DNA of 64,000 nucleotides from an uncultured Prevotellaceae bacterium (GCA_947254205.1 CAMYCE010000001.1:35274-99273), one strand, 5' to 3'; counted from the first letter of the stretch, positions 47,738 to 57,536 are shown. A program made the numbers and translations. Notes: generated by a model from the letters alone, not told the origin.

Positions 47738-48406
47738 TTAAATTAATGTTGTCAAGTTCATGCTTTGCTCAACATGGCAATGTGCACACGCAAATGTGAG
47801 CATGAGTGTTGTGTCAAGCATAGTGCAAAGATAAAAATCTTCGGCAACAAATGCACCATGATGTTGCAAAGATTCACCCACTTGAGGCGTAATAAAGGGG
47901 TGCAACACAATTTCATCGCGATAATTCTTGACCAAGGCGCGCTCGCCAATGGTCTTAAAAATAGCCTCCTTGCCTGTCCATGCCACCAAGTGCCCCATTT
48001 CGTCGGTGGGTTGCAACCAGTTTTTTTCGTTCTCGCTCAAGAAGCCGTTGCGCACATTGAGCACCCGCCTGCCATATCGCTCCACATCAATGCCCATAGC
48101 ATGGTCGCGATTGAAAGCTATGCCCAAAAAACCTCGTGTGTGGGCCACCGATAGATAGCCCTGATAGTCGCTAAGATAGGGCAAGCGGTCGGCATTGTGC
48201 TGCAACTCTACCCCAACGCCCAACATGTGCTTGAGCAGCAATCGCTCGCCCAGCAACTCTTGCCGGCGACTCTCGGCACGCGCCTCGCAGTGGTGAGGCA
48301 GTCGCTCTTGCTGGCACAAGCGTGCCAACTCTTGCGACGATTCGTTGAGCAACCAGCAATGCATCACTGTGCCATCGACAAAGGTGTGAGTTCCGGCGTA
48401 GGGCAT
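47738..48406 (-). CDS. 4'-phosphopantetheinyl transferase (Sfp/EntD-type)
   Basis: 222 aa. PPTase motifs MGIDVER and AWTGKEAIFK. Confidence 0.75.
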   Translation of the reverse strand: MPYAGTHTFVDGTVMHCWLLNESSQELARLCQQERLPHHCEARAESRRQELLGERLLLKHMLGVGVELQHNADRLPYLSDYQGYLSVAHTRGFLGIAFNRDHAMGIDVERYGRRVLNVRNGFLSENEKNWLQPTDEMGHLVAWTGKEAIFKTIGERALVKNYRDEIVLHPFITPQVGESLQHHGAFVAEDFYLCTMLDTTLMLTFACAHCHVEQSMNLTTLI

Positions 48407-48424
48407 AGGGCAATCAACTGAGAA

Positions 48425-49786
48425 TTAATTGCCCTTCTCGTCGTCCGACAAAGGGGTCACATAAACTCTCACCTTGGCTATGCGATATTTCTTGACCTTG
48501 AGCACCAAGAAATTGCAACGCCCACACTTGATGCCCTCTTTCTCTTTCAAGAAGTCGCCTTTGGCATTGAGCAAAAGGCCTGCAATAGTTTCGGCATTTT
48601 CAAGATAATCACTAAAATCGGCCTCCTCGGTGCCTGTGACCTCATAGAAGTCGTCGAGCGTGGTTTTGGCATCAAATATATAGGTGTTTTCGGCTATTTT
48701 GCTATAGAATTTCTCTTCGGTGTCATATTCATCGTCGATGTCGCCCACAATCTCTTCGAGCACATCTTCGAGCGTGGCAATGCCTTGCACACAGCCAAAC
48801 TCGTCGACCACAACTGCCATGTGCATCTTCTTGGTGCGAAAATCTTCGAGCAGGTCATCGATAGCACGTGTTTCGGGCACAAAATACACAGGACGCAATA
48901 GTTGTTGCCACTTGAAACTGCTGTCGCACTTGCCAATATAGGGCAACAAGTCTTTGGCATAGAGCATGCCCTTAATGTTGTCGGGGCTATCTTGATACAC
49001 GGGCATGCGCGAGTAGCCATTTTCAACCACAGTAGCCACTACCCCATCAAAGGGCTCATCATAGTCGATGGCCACCACATCAACGCGTGGACGCATGATT
49101 TCGGTCACCGTTTTGTCGCCAAAGGTGAGAATGCCTTTGAGCATTTGTTTCTCGTCGCTCGATGTGACCTCACTGGCATCAAGAGCACGCGAGAGGTCGT
49201 CGACCGACAAGCTATCAGAGCGTTTTGAAACCGCCTTGCGCACAATGAAAGTGCCCTTTAGCATCAACTTTGACAATGGCCCAAAAAGGCTCATCATCAC
49301 TTGCAGACCTGAGGCCGTGAACTGCGCAAAACGTGCATTGTGGTTGCTGGCATAGAGCTTGGGTATCACTTCGCCAAACAGCAGTATCAAAAAAGTTAAT
49401 ATCACCGTTTGCACCACAAAATTGGCCACAACACTGTTGAACTCAAAAATTTGATTCATGGCAAAATTCAGGAGCACAGCAATGAGAATATTGACCATGT
49501 TGTTACCAATCAATATTGTGGCGAGCAACCGCTCGGGCTTTGACAGCAATTGATTGATGCGCTCGCGCATGGCTTCGTTTCTTATCTCGGCCACATCGTC
49601 TTTGGTGAGCGAGAAAAAAGCAATCTCTGCACCCGAATTATAGGCCGAGAAAAACAATCCTAATGTTGCAAGGACAATTGCGATGATGCTGTCCATGGTG
49701 GGCGCATTTAATGCGATGGCAACTTGTGGATCGCCCGAGAAGGCGCAAAGCAGACTCAAAATACAAGAAAGAGGGTCAGGGTCCAA
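48425..49786 (-). CDS. CNNM/CorC/HlyC-family membrane protein (GldE-like: DUF21 + CBS pair + CorC_HlyC)
   Basis: 453 aa. N-terminal DUF21 TM domain, CBS pair, and a C-terminal transporter-associated domain. The likely true start is the internal MDSIIAIVLATLG.... Confidence 0.8.
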   Translation of the reverse strand: MDPDPLSCILSLLCAFSGDPQVAIALNAPTMDSIIAIVLATLGLFFSAYNSGAEIAFFSLTKDDVAEIRNEAMRERINQLLSKPERLLATILIGNNMVNILIAVLLNFAMNQIFEFNSVVANFVVQTVILTFLILLFGEVIPKLYASNHNARFAQFTASGLQVMMSLFGPLSKLMLKGTFIVRKAVSKRSDSLSVDDLSRALDASEVTSSDEKQMLKGILTFGDKTVTEIMRPRVDVVAIDYDEPFDGVVATVVENGYSRMPVYQDSPDNIKGMLYAKDLLPYIGKCDSSFKWQQLLRPVYFVPETRAIDDLLEDFRTKKMHMAVVVDEFGCVQGIATLEDVLEEIVGDIDDEYDTEEKFYSKIAENTYIFDAKTTLDDFYEVTGTEEADFSDYLENAETIAGLLLNAKGDFLKEKEGIKCGRCNFLVLKVKKYRIAKVRVYVTPLSDDEKGN

Positions 49787-49963
49787 AATAAGGTAATTTT
49801 AGTTCAACAATTCAGGTCACAGCCCTTGAAAGCTCGCGACCCACACCGAGGCATAAATGCCAACTGCATTGCAAATTTAATTAAAATTTTTGAGCTTCCT
49901 AACCCTATTTCAATAAAAACCTCGCCAAAAGTTTTTTTTGAAGATGTTCCATCTATATCATTG

Positions 49964-50009
49964 CAAAAATTGCCCCACGGTCGCATTGCTTGGGGCAACC
50001 GTGGGGCAA
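49964..50009 (-). terminator. Rho-independent terminator for the TonB-receptor/lipoprotein operon (11-bp stem TTGCCCCACGG/CCGTGGGGCAA, then a U-run on the minus strand)
   Basis: Seen in the sequence. The loop also contains TTGGGGCAA, which could pair with the left arm as an alternative structure. Confidence 0.5.
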
Positions 50010-50014
50010 GAAAG

Positions 50015-50027
50015 GTGTGTGTGTGTG
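50015..50027. repeat. (GT)6.5 microsatellite, with a second (TG)5 tract at 50069..50079
   Basis: Seen in the sequence, in the 3' UTR / intergenic region between the lipoprotein gene and the gldE-like gene. Confidence 0.6.
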
Positions 50028-50119
50028 CGGGCACAATCAGTAGCTGCGACCTAAATTCAAGGTATAAATGTGTGTGTGTTTATATACATGTGTATCTCGT
50101 GTGTTAATTGAGATTGGAT

Positions 50120-51145
50120 TTAGAACCAGTATTTACCCGACTCAGGCTTGGTGTCTCCATTCATCTTGTAGTAAAGCTCGGTGATAGCCTCTTTCTCGGT
50201 GATGCCTAAGCCCTCTACAAGAGTATTGACAATGCGTTGCGAGCCCGGCGAGAGCTCGGCCATTGTGGTTTTTTCGGTGATGTCCCACAAGTCTTCACAC
50301 CTCTCAAGCTCGTCGCGGTCGAGATAAACAACCACAGGAATCACGATGGCAGGATACCAGCGCTCGTTTTTGAGTTGCTCTGCCGATGGTCTCCAATCGG
50401 CAATCGACTTGGGCTTGTCGTTAAACTTCATGTTAATCAATCGGCTTTCTTTTGTGCCTTTAGCCTCCATGAGCATGATGTTGAGGTCAAAAGCTTGACG
50501 ACAGTAGCCAAACGACACCATGCCCTTAAAGCCCAACGGATTTTCACGACCTCCATACTGTGCCAAACCACTGTGAATGGTCTTGTTCCAAGGAGTGGGG
50601 TCGATGTAGTCATAGCGCATGAAATCGGCACCGGCTGCATTGTCGATAGCCTCATCAAAAAGCGAGAGACTCTTTTGATTTTTTATCACAAAAAAGTGTT
50701 GATAATGTGCACTTTTGCCACCATCAATAAACTCGCCGTTGAGCAATTTGCCATCTTTGTCATAATACTTGATGTCGATAGCATGATAGGCTGCAGCCGC
50801 GGTGTTTTGGGCTTTGTTGTAGCTCATGGCATAAAGGGCTTTGGGGTTGCCACTTGCTGCCACCCACTTGCCATCTTGCAACGAGAATTCAAACTGTTGA
50901 GGCACACCAAAAAATTTGGTGCCTTCGGCCGTGCCATTTTGGTGGAAACCGGAGTAGCCGTGCAAATGCCCCTCATAGACATTGATGACAACCTTGGCAG
51001 GCATCACCCCCTCAATCTTGTTTTGAGGTACTTCGGGCTTAGGAGTGGGTTCATCTTTTTTGTTGCCCGAACAAGCAAGCATGCTTCCTGCCAGCACTGC
51101 TGTCGCTGCCAGTAGCATCATTGATTTAAATATTTCTTTAAACAT
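50120..51145 (-). CDS. Hypothetical lipoprotein, paralog B of a pair next to a TonB-dependent receptor
   Basis: 341 aa. Lipobox LACSGN. Shares motifs with the 51204..51950 product (NPLGFKGMVSF vs NPMGFKGFVKF; YQHFF vs HQHFF). Confidence 0.6.
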   Translation of the reverse strand: MFKEIFKSMMLLAATAVLAGSMLACSGNKKDEPTPKPEVPQNKIEGVMPAKVVINVYEGHLHGYSGFHQNGTAEGTKFFGVPQQFEFSLQDGKWVAASGNPKALYAMSYNKAQNTAAAAYHAIDIKYYDKDGKLLNGEFIDGGKSAHYQHFFVIKNQKSLSLFDEAIDNAAGADFMRYDYIDPTPWNKTIHSGLAQYGGRENPLGFKGMVSFGYCRQAFDLNIMLMEAKGTKESRLINMKFNDKPKSIADWRPSAEQLKNERWYPAIVIPVVVYLDRDELERCEDLWDITEKTTMAELSPGSQRIVNTLVEGLGITEKEAITELYYKMNGDTKPESGKYWF

Positions 51146-51203
51146 GATTTGTTGATTTTTTTAATAAACTTGTTTTTTATAATATTAATGATTATCTCTA
51201 TTA

Positions 51204-51950
51204 TTATTTAATCACCTCAATGGGCAGTATCACCTTGAAGTCCCACAAGGCCTTGCCCACTTGCTCTTTGCTGGGCATCCAAAATGGCGATGGCTTGCCG
51301 TCGCGGTCAAACTTGGTTTTGTTGCCTGAGTGCATGAGCGAGACTGTGAGGTCAAATTTCTTAACATTGCCATTAAACTTCACAAAGCCTTTGAATCCCA
51401 TAGGGTTGCTATTGCCAATAAACTTGCCATTGAGCACGTCGGCATAGGTGTAGTCGAAGGGCAGTTCATCATGCTTTTTCACACGCACCAAGGCAGTGCC
51501 GTTGTGACGAAAATATTCAAAGAAATGTTGATGAATTTTGTCTTGCTCATTTTCAAAGAACTGCTTGTTCATGGGCTCACCCTTGGCATTGTAATAGTCG
51601 ATAGTGAGCGCATACACCACATTGGGATTATCGTGAGTGCTTTTCACCTGAAATTTTGACAAGCCACGATTGGTGATGCGAAAGTTCTCGCCTTTCACCA
51701 CCTCCCAGTATATCACCTGCTTGCTTGTGGCATCGGCCACAAAATCGTCCTCGCTCGGATTGGCCTCAAAGCGTGCCTCGCCCTTGAGCGTGCCTTCTAC
51801 CAGCGTGAACACAGCCGTGGTGGGGTCTTCATGCAACTTGTTGTTGTTTTCATTTTCGGGTTTCGCAGGCTCGTTGCCACAAGCCACAGCAATCATTGCC
51901 ACCATAGCGATGGCAACGGCGTGCAATAGAGAATGTTTCTTTGTTTTCAT
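51204..51950 (-). CDS. Hypothetical lipoprotein, paralog A of the pair
   Basis: 248 aa. Lipobox VACGNE. Motifs are shared with the 50120..51145 product. Confidence 0.6.
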   Translation of the reverse strand: MKTKKHSLLHAVAIAMVAMIAVACGNEPAKPENENNNKLHEDPTTAVFTLVEGTLKGEARFEANPSEDDFVADATSKQVIYWEVVKGENFRITNRGLSKFQVKSTHDNPNVVYALTIDYYNAKGEPMNKQFFENEQDKIHQHFFEYFRHNGTALVRVKKHDELPFDYTYADVLNGKFIGNSNPMGFKGFVKFNGNVKKFDLTVSLMHSGNKTKFDRDGKPSPFWMPSKEQVGKALWDFKVILPIEVIK

Positions 51951-51976
51951 CTGTTATATCTATTTTTTGTTATTAT

Positions 51977-54100
51977 CTAAAATTTCCAACCTACCGACAA
52001 TCGCATGTCGCGCCCCATGTCGTGGGAGTAATAGCGGGCTCGGTTGGTATATTCTTTATAGAGGTGGTTGAACACGTTGTCGCCTGCCAGCAAGAGCCGC
52101 AGCGAGTGACGAGCATTCAGCTTCCACTCCACCCCTGCCTCAAAGCCAAACAAGTGATAGGCTGGTGGGGCTTCATTCACAAGGTCGGTTTTGGGGTCAA
52201 ACCGTCTTTGACGTGCCACAAAGCGATGTTTCACCTCAATCCAAGGCGTCCACTTGCCCACGGTTGAGGGGGTGAAGCTAAGGCTGTGGTCGAAGCGGAA
52301 AGAGGGAATGTAGGGCAAGTAGTTATTGGTGCGACGCTCATTGGCCCAAATCATGGCAGTGATAAAATGATAGGCAAGCGTTGAGAGAGGGCGCACCCTC
52401 ACATCAAGGTCCACACCACGCAAGAAAGCATCGGTCTGCATATACTGAAACAAGGGATAGGTGCCCGACAACACTGTGATGTGCTCGCGTGTGGGTGAAT
52501 CATAGATATAGTTCTTCACCCATTGCAGATAGCCATCGACACGCACATCGATATAATGACTCTTATATTCACACGAAGTAATCCACTTGTAGCTGTTTTC
52601 CGACTTCATGGCCGAATCGCCACGCACAAAGCGGCCCGACCCCAACTCATTGCCGTTGCTATACAACTCATAGACATGAGGGGCACGCCACGCAAGCCCC
52701 AAATTGGAGGTGAGAATGAAATGGTCGCAAAAATGGTAATGCCCACTCACACTATAAGTGAAATTGGCAAAATGGCGATGTCCGCCATAGTAGTCACCCG
52801 TCCAGTCATAGCCAGCAGCCTTGGTGTCTTGCCAGTCGAATCGTGCTCCTGCCTCGGCTCCCCATCGGTTTTTTACAACTTTTTGCAGAGCATAGGCTCC
52901 CAAGGTGAGTTCGGTGTGGTTGGGAATAATGGGGGTTACCCCGGTGCCACGTTCATTCTCATGATTGATGTGGGTGAGTTGCGCTCCGGCTTCGCTTTGC
53001 CACATGCCATAGTTCATGCGCCAGCGCAATTGATTTTGCCACGACTTGAGATGCATGCTCACAGCCGGTATTCTTGAAAGATTCATGCGGCGTATTCGGT
53101 TTTCCTCGCGATCGTCTTGCTGAAACGAGGTGGTCCAATAAAAACGCCCCCATTCACTTGTGGTGAGAAACAATTTCAACATGGCATTGTTGTGAATCAC
53201 GTGCTGAAAAGGATAATCGATATGGCGGCTAAAGGGCAGTATCTCGGTGGGACGGCCCAACTCGATGCGCTCGGCAAGCAAACTCTCATCGCCCATTTGG
53301 GCATTGTAGAGCACTCCCATCTTGAGATTATAACGGCTATACAGAACCTCGGCACGCAAGTTCTTGTGCTTGTAGCCCAACGATGCCGACAGGTCAAACT
53401 CGCGTGAACCGGTGTTGTTGAGCATGTAGGCAGCCGTGTGCCCATCGCCACTATTGGCATAAGTCGATTGCACACGCCAAGCCAGCGATGGGAGAAAAGG
53501 CATGGCCCCCTCAACATGACCCACCAACTGATAGCGACGACCATTGGAACCATACATCGAAAGCAACTTGCCACCCACACGGCTATTGCCATAGGGCAGC
53601 ATGTTTTGCTCCATCACGATGATGCCCCCCAATGCCTCCGAGCCATAACGCACGGCCTCGGCACCTTTCACCACCTCAATTTTGTCGCTGGCATTTTTGT
53701 CGATTTCGGGCGCATGGTCGGCTCCCCACTGCTGCCCCGTCTGCCGAGCATCGTTGTTCACCAGCAAAATGCGGTTGCCATACATGCCCTGAATCACGGG
53801 CTTTGACACGGTAGTGCCAGTCTGTATCGAACTCACGCCACTCACACTCTCAAGCATGGCCGCAAGCGACTTGCCCATAGAGCGGTCGATGGCTTGCTTG
53901 TCGAGCAGGGTGCTCACACTATTGTTGCTCACCAACTTGCGTTGAGCGCTCACAACAACTTCACCGAGGTGATAATTCTTGGCCTGCAAGCTATCGCCCA
54001 CCTCTGCACGGCACTCGTGAAGAGAAGCTACACTGCACACCAATGCCAATGTGCCAGCAAGACCCTCTCGCATCCAAATGGAAAGGATATTGATTTTCAT
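51977..54100 (-). CDS. TonB-dependent outer-membrane receptor
   Basis: 707 aa. Signal peptide, plug domain (...TLLDKQAIDRSMGKSLAAMLESVSGV...), a 22-strand barrel and a C-terminal aromatic residue (...SVGWKF). Confidence 0.85.
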   Translation of the reverse strand: MKINILSIWMREGLAGTLALVCSVASLHECRAEVGDSLQAKNYHLGEVVVSAQRKLVSNNSVSTLLDKQAIDRSMGKSLAAMLESVSGVSSIQTGTTVSKPVIQGMYGNRILLVNNDARQTGQQWGADHAPEIDKNASDKIEVVKGAEAVRYGSEALGGIIVMEQNMLPYGNSRVGGKLLSMYGSNGRRYQLVGHVEGAMPFLPSLAWRVQSTYANSGDGHTAAYMLNNTGSREFDLSASLGYKHKNLRAEVLYSRYNLKMGVLYNAQMGDESLLAERIELGRPTEILPFSRHIDYPFQHVIHNNAMLKLFLTTSEWGRFYWTTSFQQDDREENRIRRMNLSRIPAVSMHLKSWQNQLRWRMNYGMWQSEAGAQLTHINHENERGTGVTPIIPNHTELTLGAYALQKVVKNRWGAEAGARFDWQDTKAAGYDWTGDYYGGHRHFANFTYSVSGHYHFCDHFILTSNLGLAWRAPHVYELYSNGNELGSGRFVRGDSAMKSENSYKWITSCEYKSHYIDVRVDGYLQWVKNYIYDSPTREHITVLSGTYPLFQYMQTDAFLRGVDLDVRVRPLSTLAYHFITAMIWANERRTNNYLPYIPSFRFDHSLSFTPSTVGKWTPWIEVKHRFVARQRRFDPKTDLVNEAPPAYHLFGFEAGVEWKLNARHSLRLLLAGDNVFNHLYKEYTNRARYYSHDMGRDMRLSVGWKF

Positions 54101-54378
54101 TTATAATTAAAATTGAAAATAACTTGAATAGCCCACAATAGAATTTGAGCCTATTGCCAAAGCGACAAAGTTGCTCAACAGTCACTCACAATCAAGCGAT
54201 TGTAGCACGCCTCAATCACACACTGATGCCATTGCAAATGCCACATCATGCTATGCCTAAATAGCAAAGAAAAAGATATACTTTTCCTTGAAAATGAGGG
54301 CTAAACAAAAAAAATGTAAATAAACGGATAGAAAGAGCCATAGATCGTGCTACTCTTTCTTGAAAAAGGAATCTAAGA

Positions 54379-54708
54379 TTAGGCCCTAACAGGGGGAGAA
54401 TGGCTATTAACCGACTGAACAGGACGATAAACCACCTGTTGCGATTCAACATAGCGAGATAGCACACACATGGTCACCTCCGATTTCAAATCGGAGATTT
54501 GTGCATATTCTGATTTTTCAAATGTAAAATGACAAATGGAGCAATAGGATTCAAGCTCATCAACGTGCTCAACATGACTCCTACCATGAGAAAAATTCTC
54601 GTCAACGAAGTGAAGGTCGGCAATCTTGCCTGCTTGGGCACCCATGAACACCAATAGCAGTATCCATGAGTAGAGAATGCTGAGCCTTTTTTTAGTTCGT
54701 TGCTTCAT
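54379..54708 (-). CDS. Small hypothetical membrane-anchored or secreted protein with a CxxCH motif
   Basis: 109 aa. N-terminal hydrophobic segment (LSILYSWILLLVFMGAQAG), His-rich region and CSICH. Could be a non-coding leader instead. Confidence 0.3.
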   Translation of the reverse strand: MKQRTKKRLSILYSWILLLVFMGAQAGKIADLHFVDENFSHGRSHVEHVDELESYCSICHFTFEKSEYAQISDLKSEVTMCVLSRYVESQQVVYRPVQSVNSHSPPVRA

Positions 54709-54832
54709 TTTTTTCTGAAAGTAGAATTTTCAAGTCAAAAATTTCTATTTGACCACAAAGGTAATTTTTTATAATTGAAAAAAAACGCCATTTCAAGCAT
54801 TTAACCCTCTTTAACACCAATTCATCATCTTG

Positions 54833-54891
54833 TGGAAAAACGCAGTAAATTACACCCACAAAAAGTGGAAAAACGCAGTAAATTACGCCTA
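54833..54891. repeat. Tandem direct repeat: 2 x 26 bp (GTGGAAAAACGCAGTAAATTACaCCc / GTGGAAAAACGCAGTAAATTACgCCt) separated by 7 bp
   Basis: Seen in the sequence, in the promoter region upstream of the TonB-receptor locus on the minus strand. A partial third unit (AAAAACGCCA) lies at 54781. Confidence 0.45.
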
Positions 54892-55031
54892 CACAGACCT
54901 TAGCAAAACACACAATACACTCCCATTCAACACATTGCAACGTTCCAAGCTTAACATTGGAATAAAACTATTTTTTTAAAACTCAAATAGTGACAATCAT
55001 GTAAAATTTAATACCCAGCAAAGACAATGAA

Positions 55032-56291
55032 CTACCAGTTGCGATAGTCGACGGCATTGCGCCGACACTCCTCTTTGATGAGAGCATCGGGGTCGATTTG
55101 GGCATAGCCCTGCATGCGACGATAGCGAGGGCGGCATATCATGCGCTCCACCAAATAGGCAGCACCAAAATAGATGGCCGTGAGCAGCCACAGCATTTTG
55201 TAGTTGAGTGCAACGTGTGATAGCGTGGCACCATTAGTTTGAATTGCGATATAGCCATTGGCAGCCCATGTTGAGGGCAAAGCGTTGCCCAATGCCTGCC
55301 ACAAGGGCGACATCATGTAGCGTGGCCATGAAATGCCGGTGAGGAAAACAAACACTACCGAGGTGAACACAATCACCAAAAAAGATGACTCTCGGTCGTT
55401 GACAAAAACTTGCAACGTCTGCCCCAAAAATGAGGAAGCAAACAAGAATGGGCACATGAGCACAATGATGTCGAGGGCATGCCCGTTTTGAGGAAAATCA
55501 AAAAACATGGGCACAAAGTGCAACACATAGATGGTGAGAGAGGCATAGATCACCCAATGACACATGGCCTTGCCCATGATAGTGGCTCCAACGCCGGTTT
55601 TGATTTCGAGAGGGTCAAATCCCTTGTTCACCAATCGGCGTTCACGTCCACCACCGCGCAACACGCATATGCCTAATATCATGCTCTGCTGCAACACCAG
55701 CAATAGCACACATGGCAACACAGCCGAGGCTATGCCCCTGCCTGTATTGCCCAAAGCCACTTCGCGACTTTCGATGATTGAACCTGTGGGTTGCGCTAAA
55801 ATCGAGATTTTTTGCCCCAACATTTCATTGCACAGGTGTTGTTGCACATTGGTCATGGCTGTGAGCATGAGTTTATAGCGCACCAGCACACTCATGTCGC
55901 AATAGAGCGACACATGCCCTTGCAAGCCACGCGCAATGTTGGTTGAGAAATCGCGAGGAAAATGCACTATGCCATAGCATTCGTGACTGTTCATGAGCCG
56001 GCGAGCCTCTTGCATGTTGGCCACATAGCCGGCAATAGCAACATCGGGCGTTGCATCGAGCTGCCGTGCAAACTGTCGCGAAAGCGCACTGCGCGAGTCA
56101 TCAACCACAACAACCTGAACATCGCGGGCTGTTTCGGGGTTATATATGAGTGAATATAAAATAGGGTAAAGTGCACACAGCACCAAAAAAAAGATAATGA
56201 CAGCCTCGTCGTGGAAAGCAAGATTAAGCTCTCGTTTCCACACCCGAAACACATCGAGGTGCCAGTTCAATATTTTATGGAGCAACTTCAT
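55032..56291 (-). CDS. ABC-2 type transporter permease
   Basis: 419 aa. N-terminal TM anchor, large periplasmic domain, then a 5-TM ABC-2 membrane domain. Confidence 0.8.
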   Translation of the reverse strand: MKLLHKILNWHLDVFRVWKRELNLAFHDEAVIIFFLVLCALYPILYSLIYNPETARDVQVVVVDDSRSALSRQFARQLDATPDVAIAGYVANMQEARRLMNSHECYGIVHFPRDFSTNIARGLQGHVSLYCDMSVLVRYKLMLTAMTNVQQHLCNEMLGQKISILAQPTGSIIESREVALGNTGRGIASAVLPCVLLLVLQQSMILGICVLRGGGRERRLVNKGFDPLEIKTGVGATIMGKAMCHWVIYASLTIYVLHFVPMFFDFPQNGHALDIIVLMCPFLFASSFLGQTLQVFVNDRESSFLVIVFTSVVFVFLTGISWPRYMMSPLWQALGNALPSTWAANGYIAIQTNGATLSHVALNYKMLWLLTAIYFGAAYLVERMICRPRYRRMQGYAQIDPDALIKEECRRNAVDYRNW

Positions 56292-56307
56292 GTTTCATCT
56301 ATCTTTT

Positions 56308-57507
56308 TTAGGGCACATAAATGGGGTGCATACACTCATTTTTGAGTCGCCAGCGCAACAACCATGGAATGAGGCAGAAACCAATGAGGGCTGCATAGTA
56401 GTAGCGACTATAATAGAAAGGAATGCCACCAAGCGCCTGATCGATGCTCAGCAAGAAATAATATTTCATGGGCATGATGTAGCTAATGGCATTGACCCAC
56501 GGGTAGAGAGCCTCTTGGGGTAATGAAAAACCACAAAAGGAGAATGACAACATGCCAAACAGCGAACACAGCGTGGAGCCCAGCCTGAAGTTGGGAACCA
56601 CACACATCGCCATGAGAGCCCAAGCCTGATTGGCGAGCACAAAAAGCACCATTGCCACAAGCATGTGAAGCGGATTGCCATTGAGCGGAAAATCATAAAC
56701 CCGATACATTAAAAACTGAATAAACCACCCCACTGCTGTGAAAATAAGCGTCTGTGGAAGCAATTTTCCTGTGATGGCTATCGTGATCGAGTCGCCTGCA
56801 CTGCGCAACCATTGCCGGCAGGTGCCATACTTCAACTCGGTGCCTATGCTAAACGACGTGACAAGCATGATGAGCAAAGCAAGCAGGCAAGGAATAAACG
56901 AGGCGTTGAGATAGAAACTATAGTTGGCAAAGGGGTTGTTGAGAGCATGAATGTGGGTCACCACTGGCTGCAGTGTCGACGAGATGGCCTCATCGCGCAA
57001 TCCAATGGTGCGCATGGCCGTCGATGCAATGGCTCCATTGGCAAGCACCGCAATGGTCTTGAAGCCTTTGAATTGCGATGACGCCGGTGTGTAGTAGGCA
57101 TAGTTGATGTAGTAGCTCACAGTGGGCTTTCGACCGCTCAACGCCTTTTGCGACAAGTCGGCTGGCATGTAGAAAAACCCCAACACACGCCCCCGCCTCA
57201 CGGCATCAACCGCCTCTTGATAGTTGTTGAAATGATATTGAATGTCGACCGATTGCATAGCACTCAAATTGCGGGTCAAGGAGCGCGAGAGCGACGAGTT
57301 GTCGAGGTCGACAACGCCCACCGGCACACGCTCAATTGTGCCACGCTGCATGAGGTCGAGCAAAAACCAAGAGCACAGCAAGGGCATGACGATCATCATG
57401 AAGAAGAACACCTGTCGCCGCACAAGCGACACGGCACCGCGCTTCAACGATTCTCTCATGTAGTGTATCAACTTGGTTTCTTGCATTACTCTTGCTTTAA
57501 CATTCAC
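56308..57507 (-). CDS. ABC-2 type transporter permease, paralog
   Basis: 399 aa with the same architecture as the 55032..56291 product. Confidence 0.8.
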   Translation of the reverse strand: MNVKARVMQETKLIHYMRESLKRGAVSLVRRQVFFFMMIVMPLLCSWFLLDLMQRGTIERVPVGVVDLDNSSLSRSLTRNLSAMQSVDIQYHFNNYQEAVDAVRRGRVLGFFYMPADLSQKALSGRKPTVSYYINYAYYTPASSQFKGFKTIAVLANGAIASTAMRTIGLRDEAISSTLQPVVTHIHALNNPFANYSFYLNASFIPCLLALLIMLVTSFSIGTELKYGTCRQWLRSAGDSITIAITGKLLPQTLIFTAVGWFIQFLMYRVYDFPLNGNPLHMLVAMVLFVLANQAWALMAMCVVPNFRLGSTLCSLFGMLSFSFCGFSLPQEALYPWVNAISYIMPMKYYFLLSIDQALGGIPFYYSRYYYAALIGFCLIPWLLRWRLKNECMHPIYVP

Positions 57508-57536
57508 ATCTTGAATTTAGAGATAGCCAGTGTGCC

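Noticed and set aside
46099-47799. 566-aa plus-strand ORF
   Set aside because: Antisense to the C69 dipeptidase gene. No domain.
54379-54708. c-type cytochrome call for the CxxCH mini-ORF
   Set aside because: A single CxxCH in 109 aa is expected fairly often by chance, and there are no flanking heme-lyase or ccm genes. Kept only as a low-confidence hypothetical ORF.
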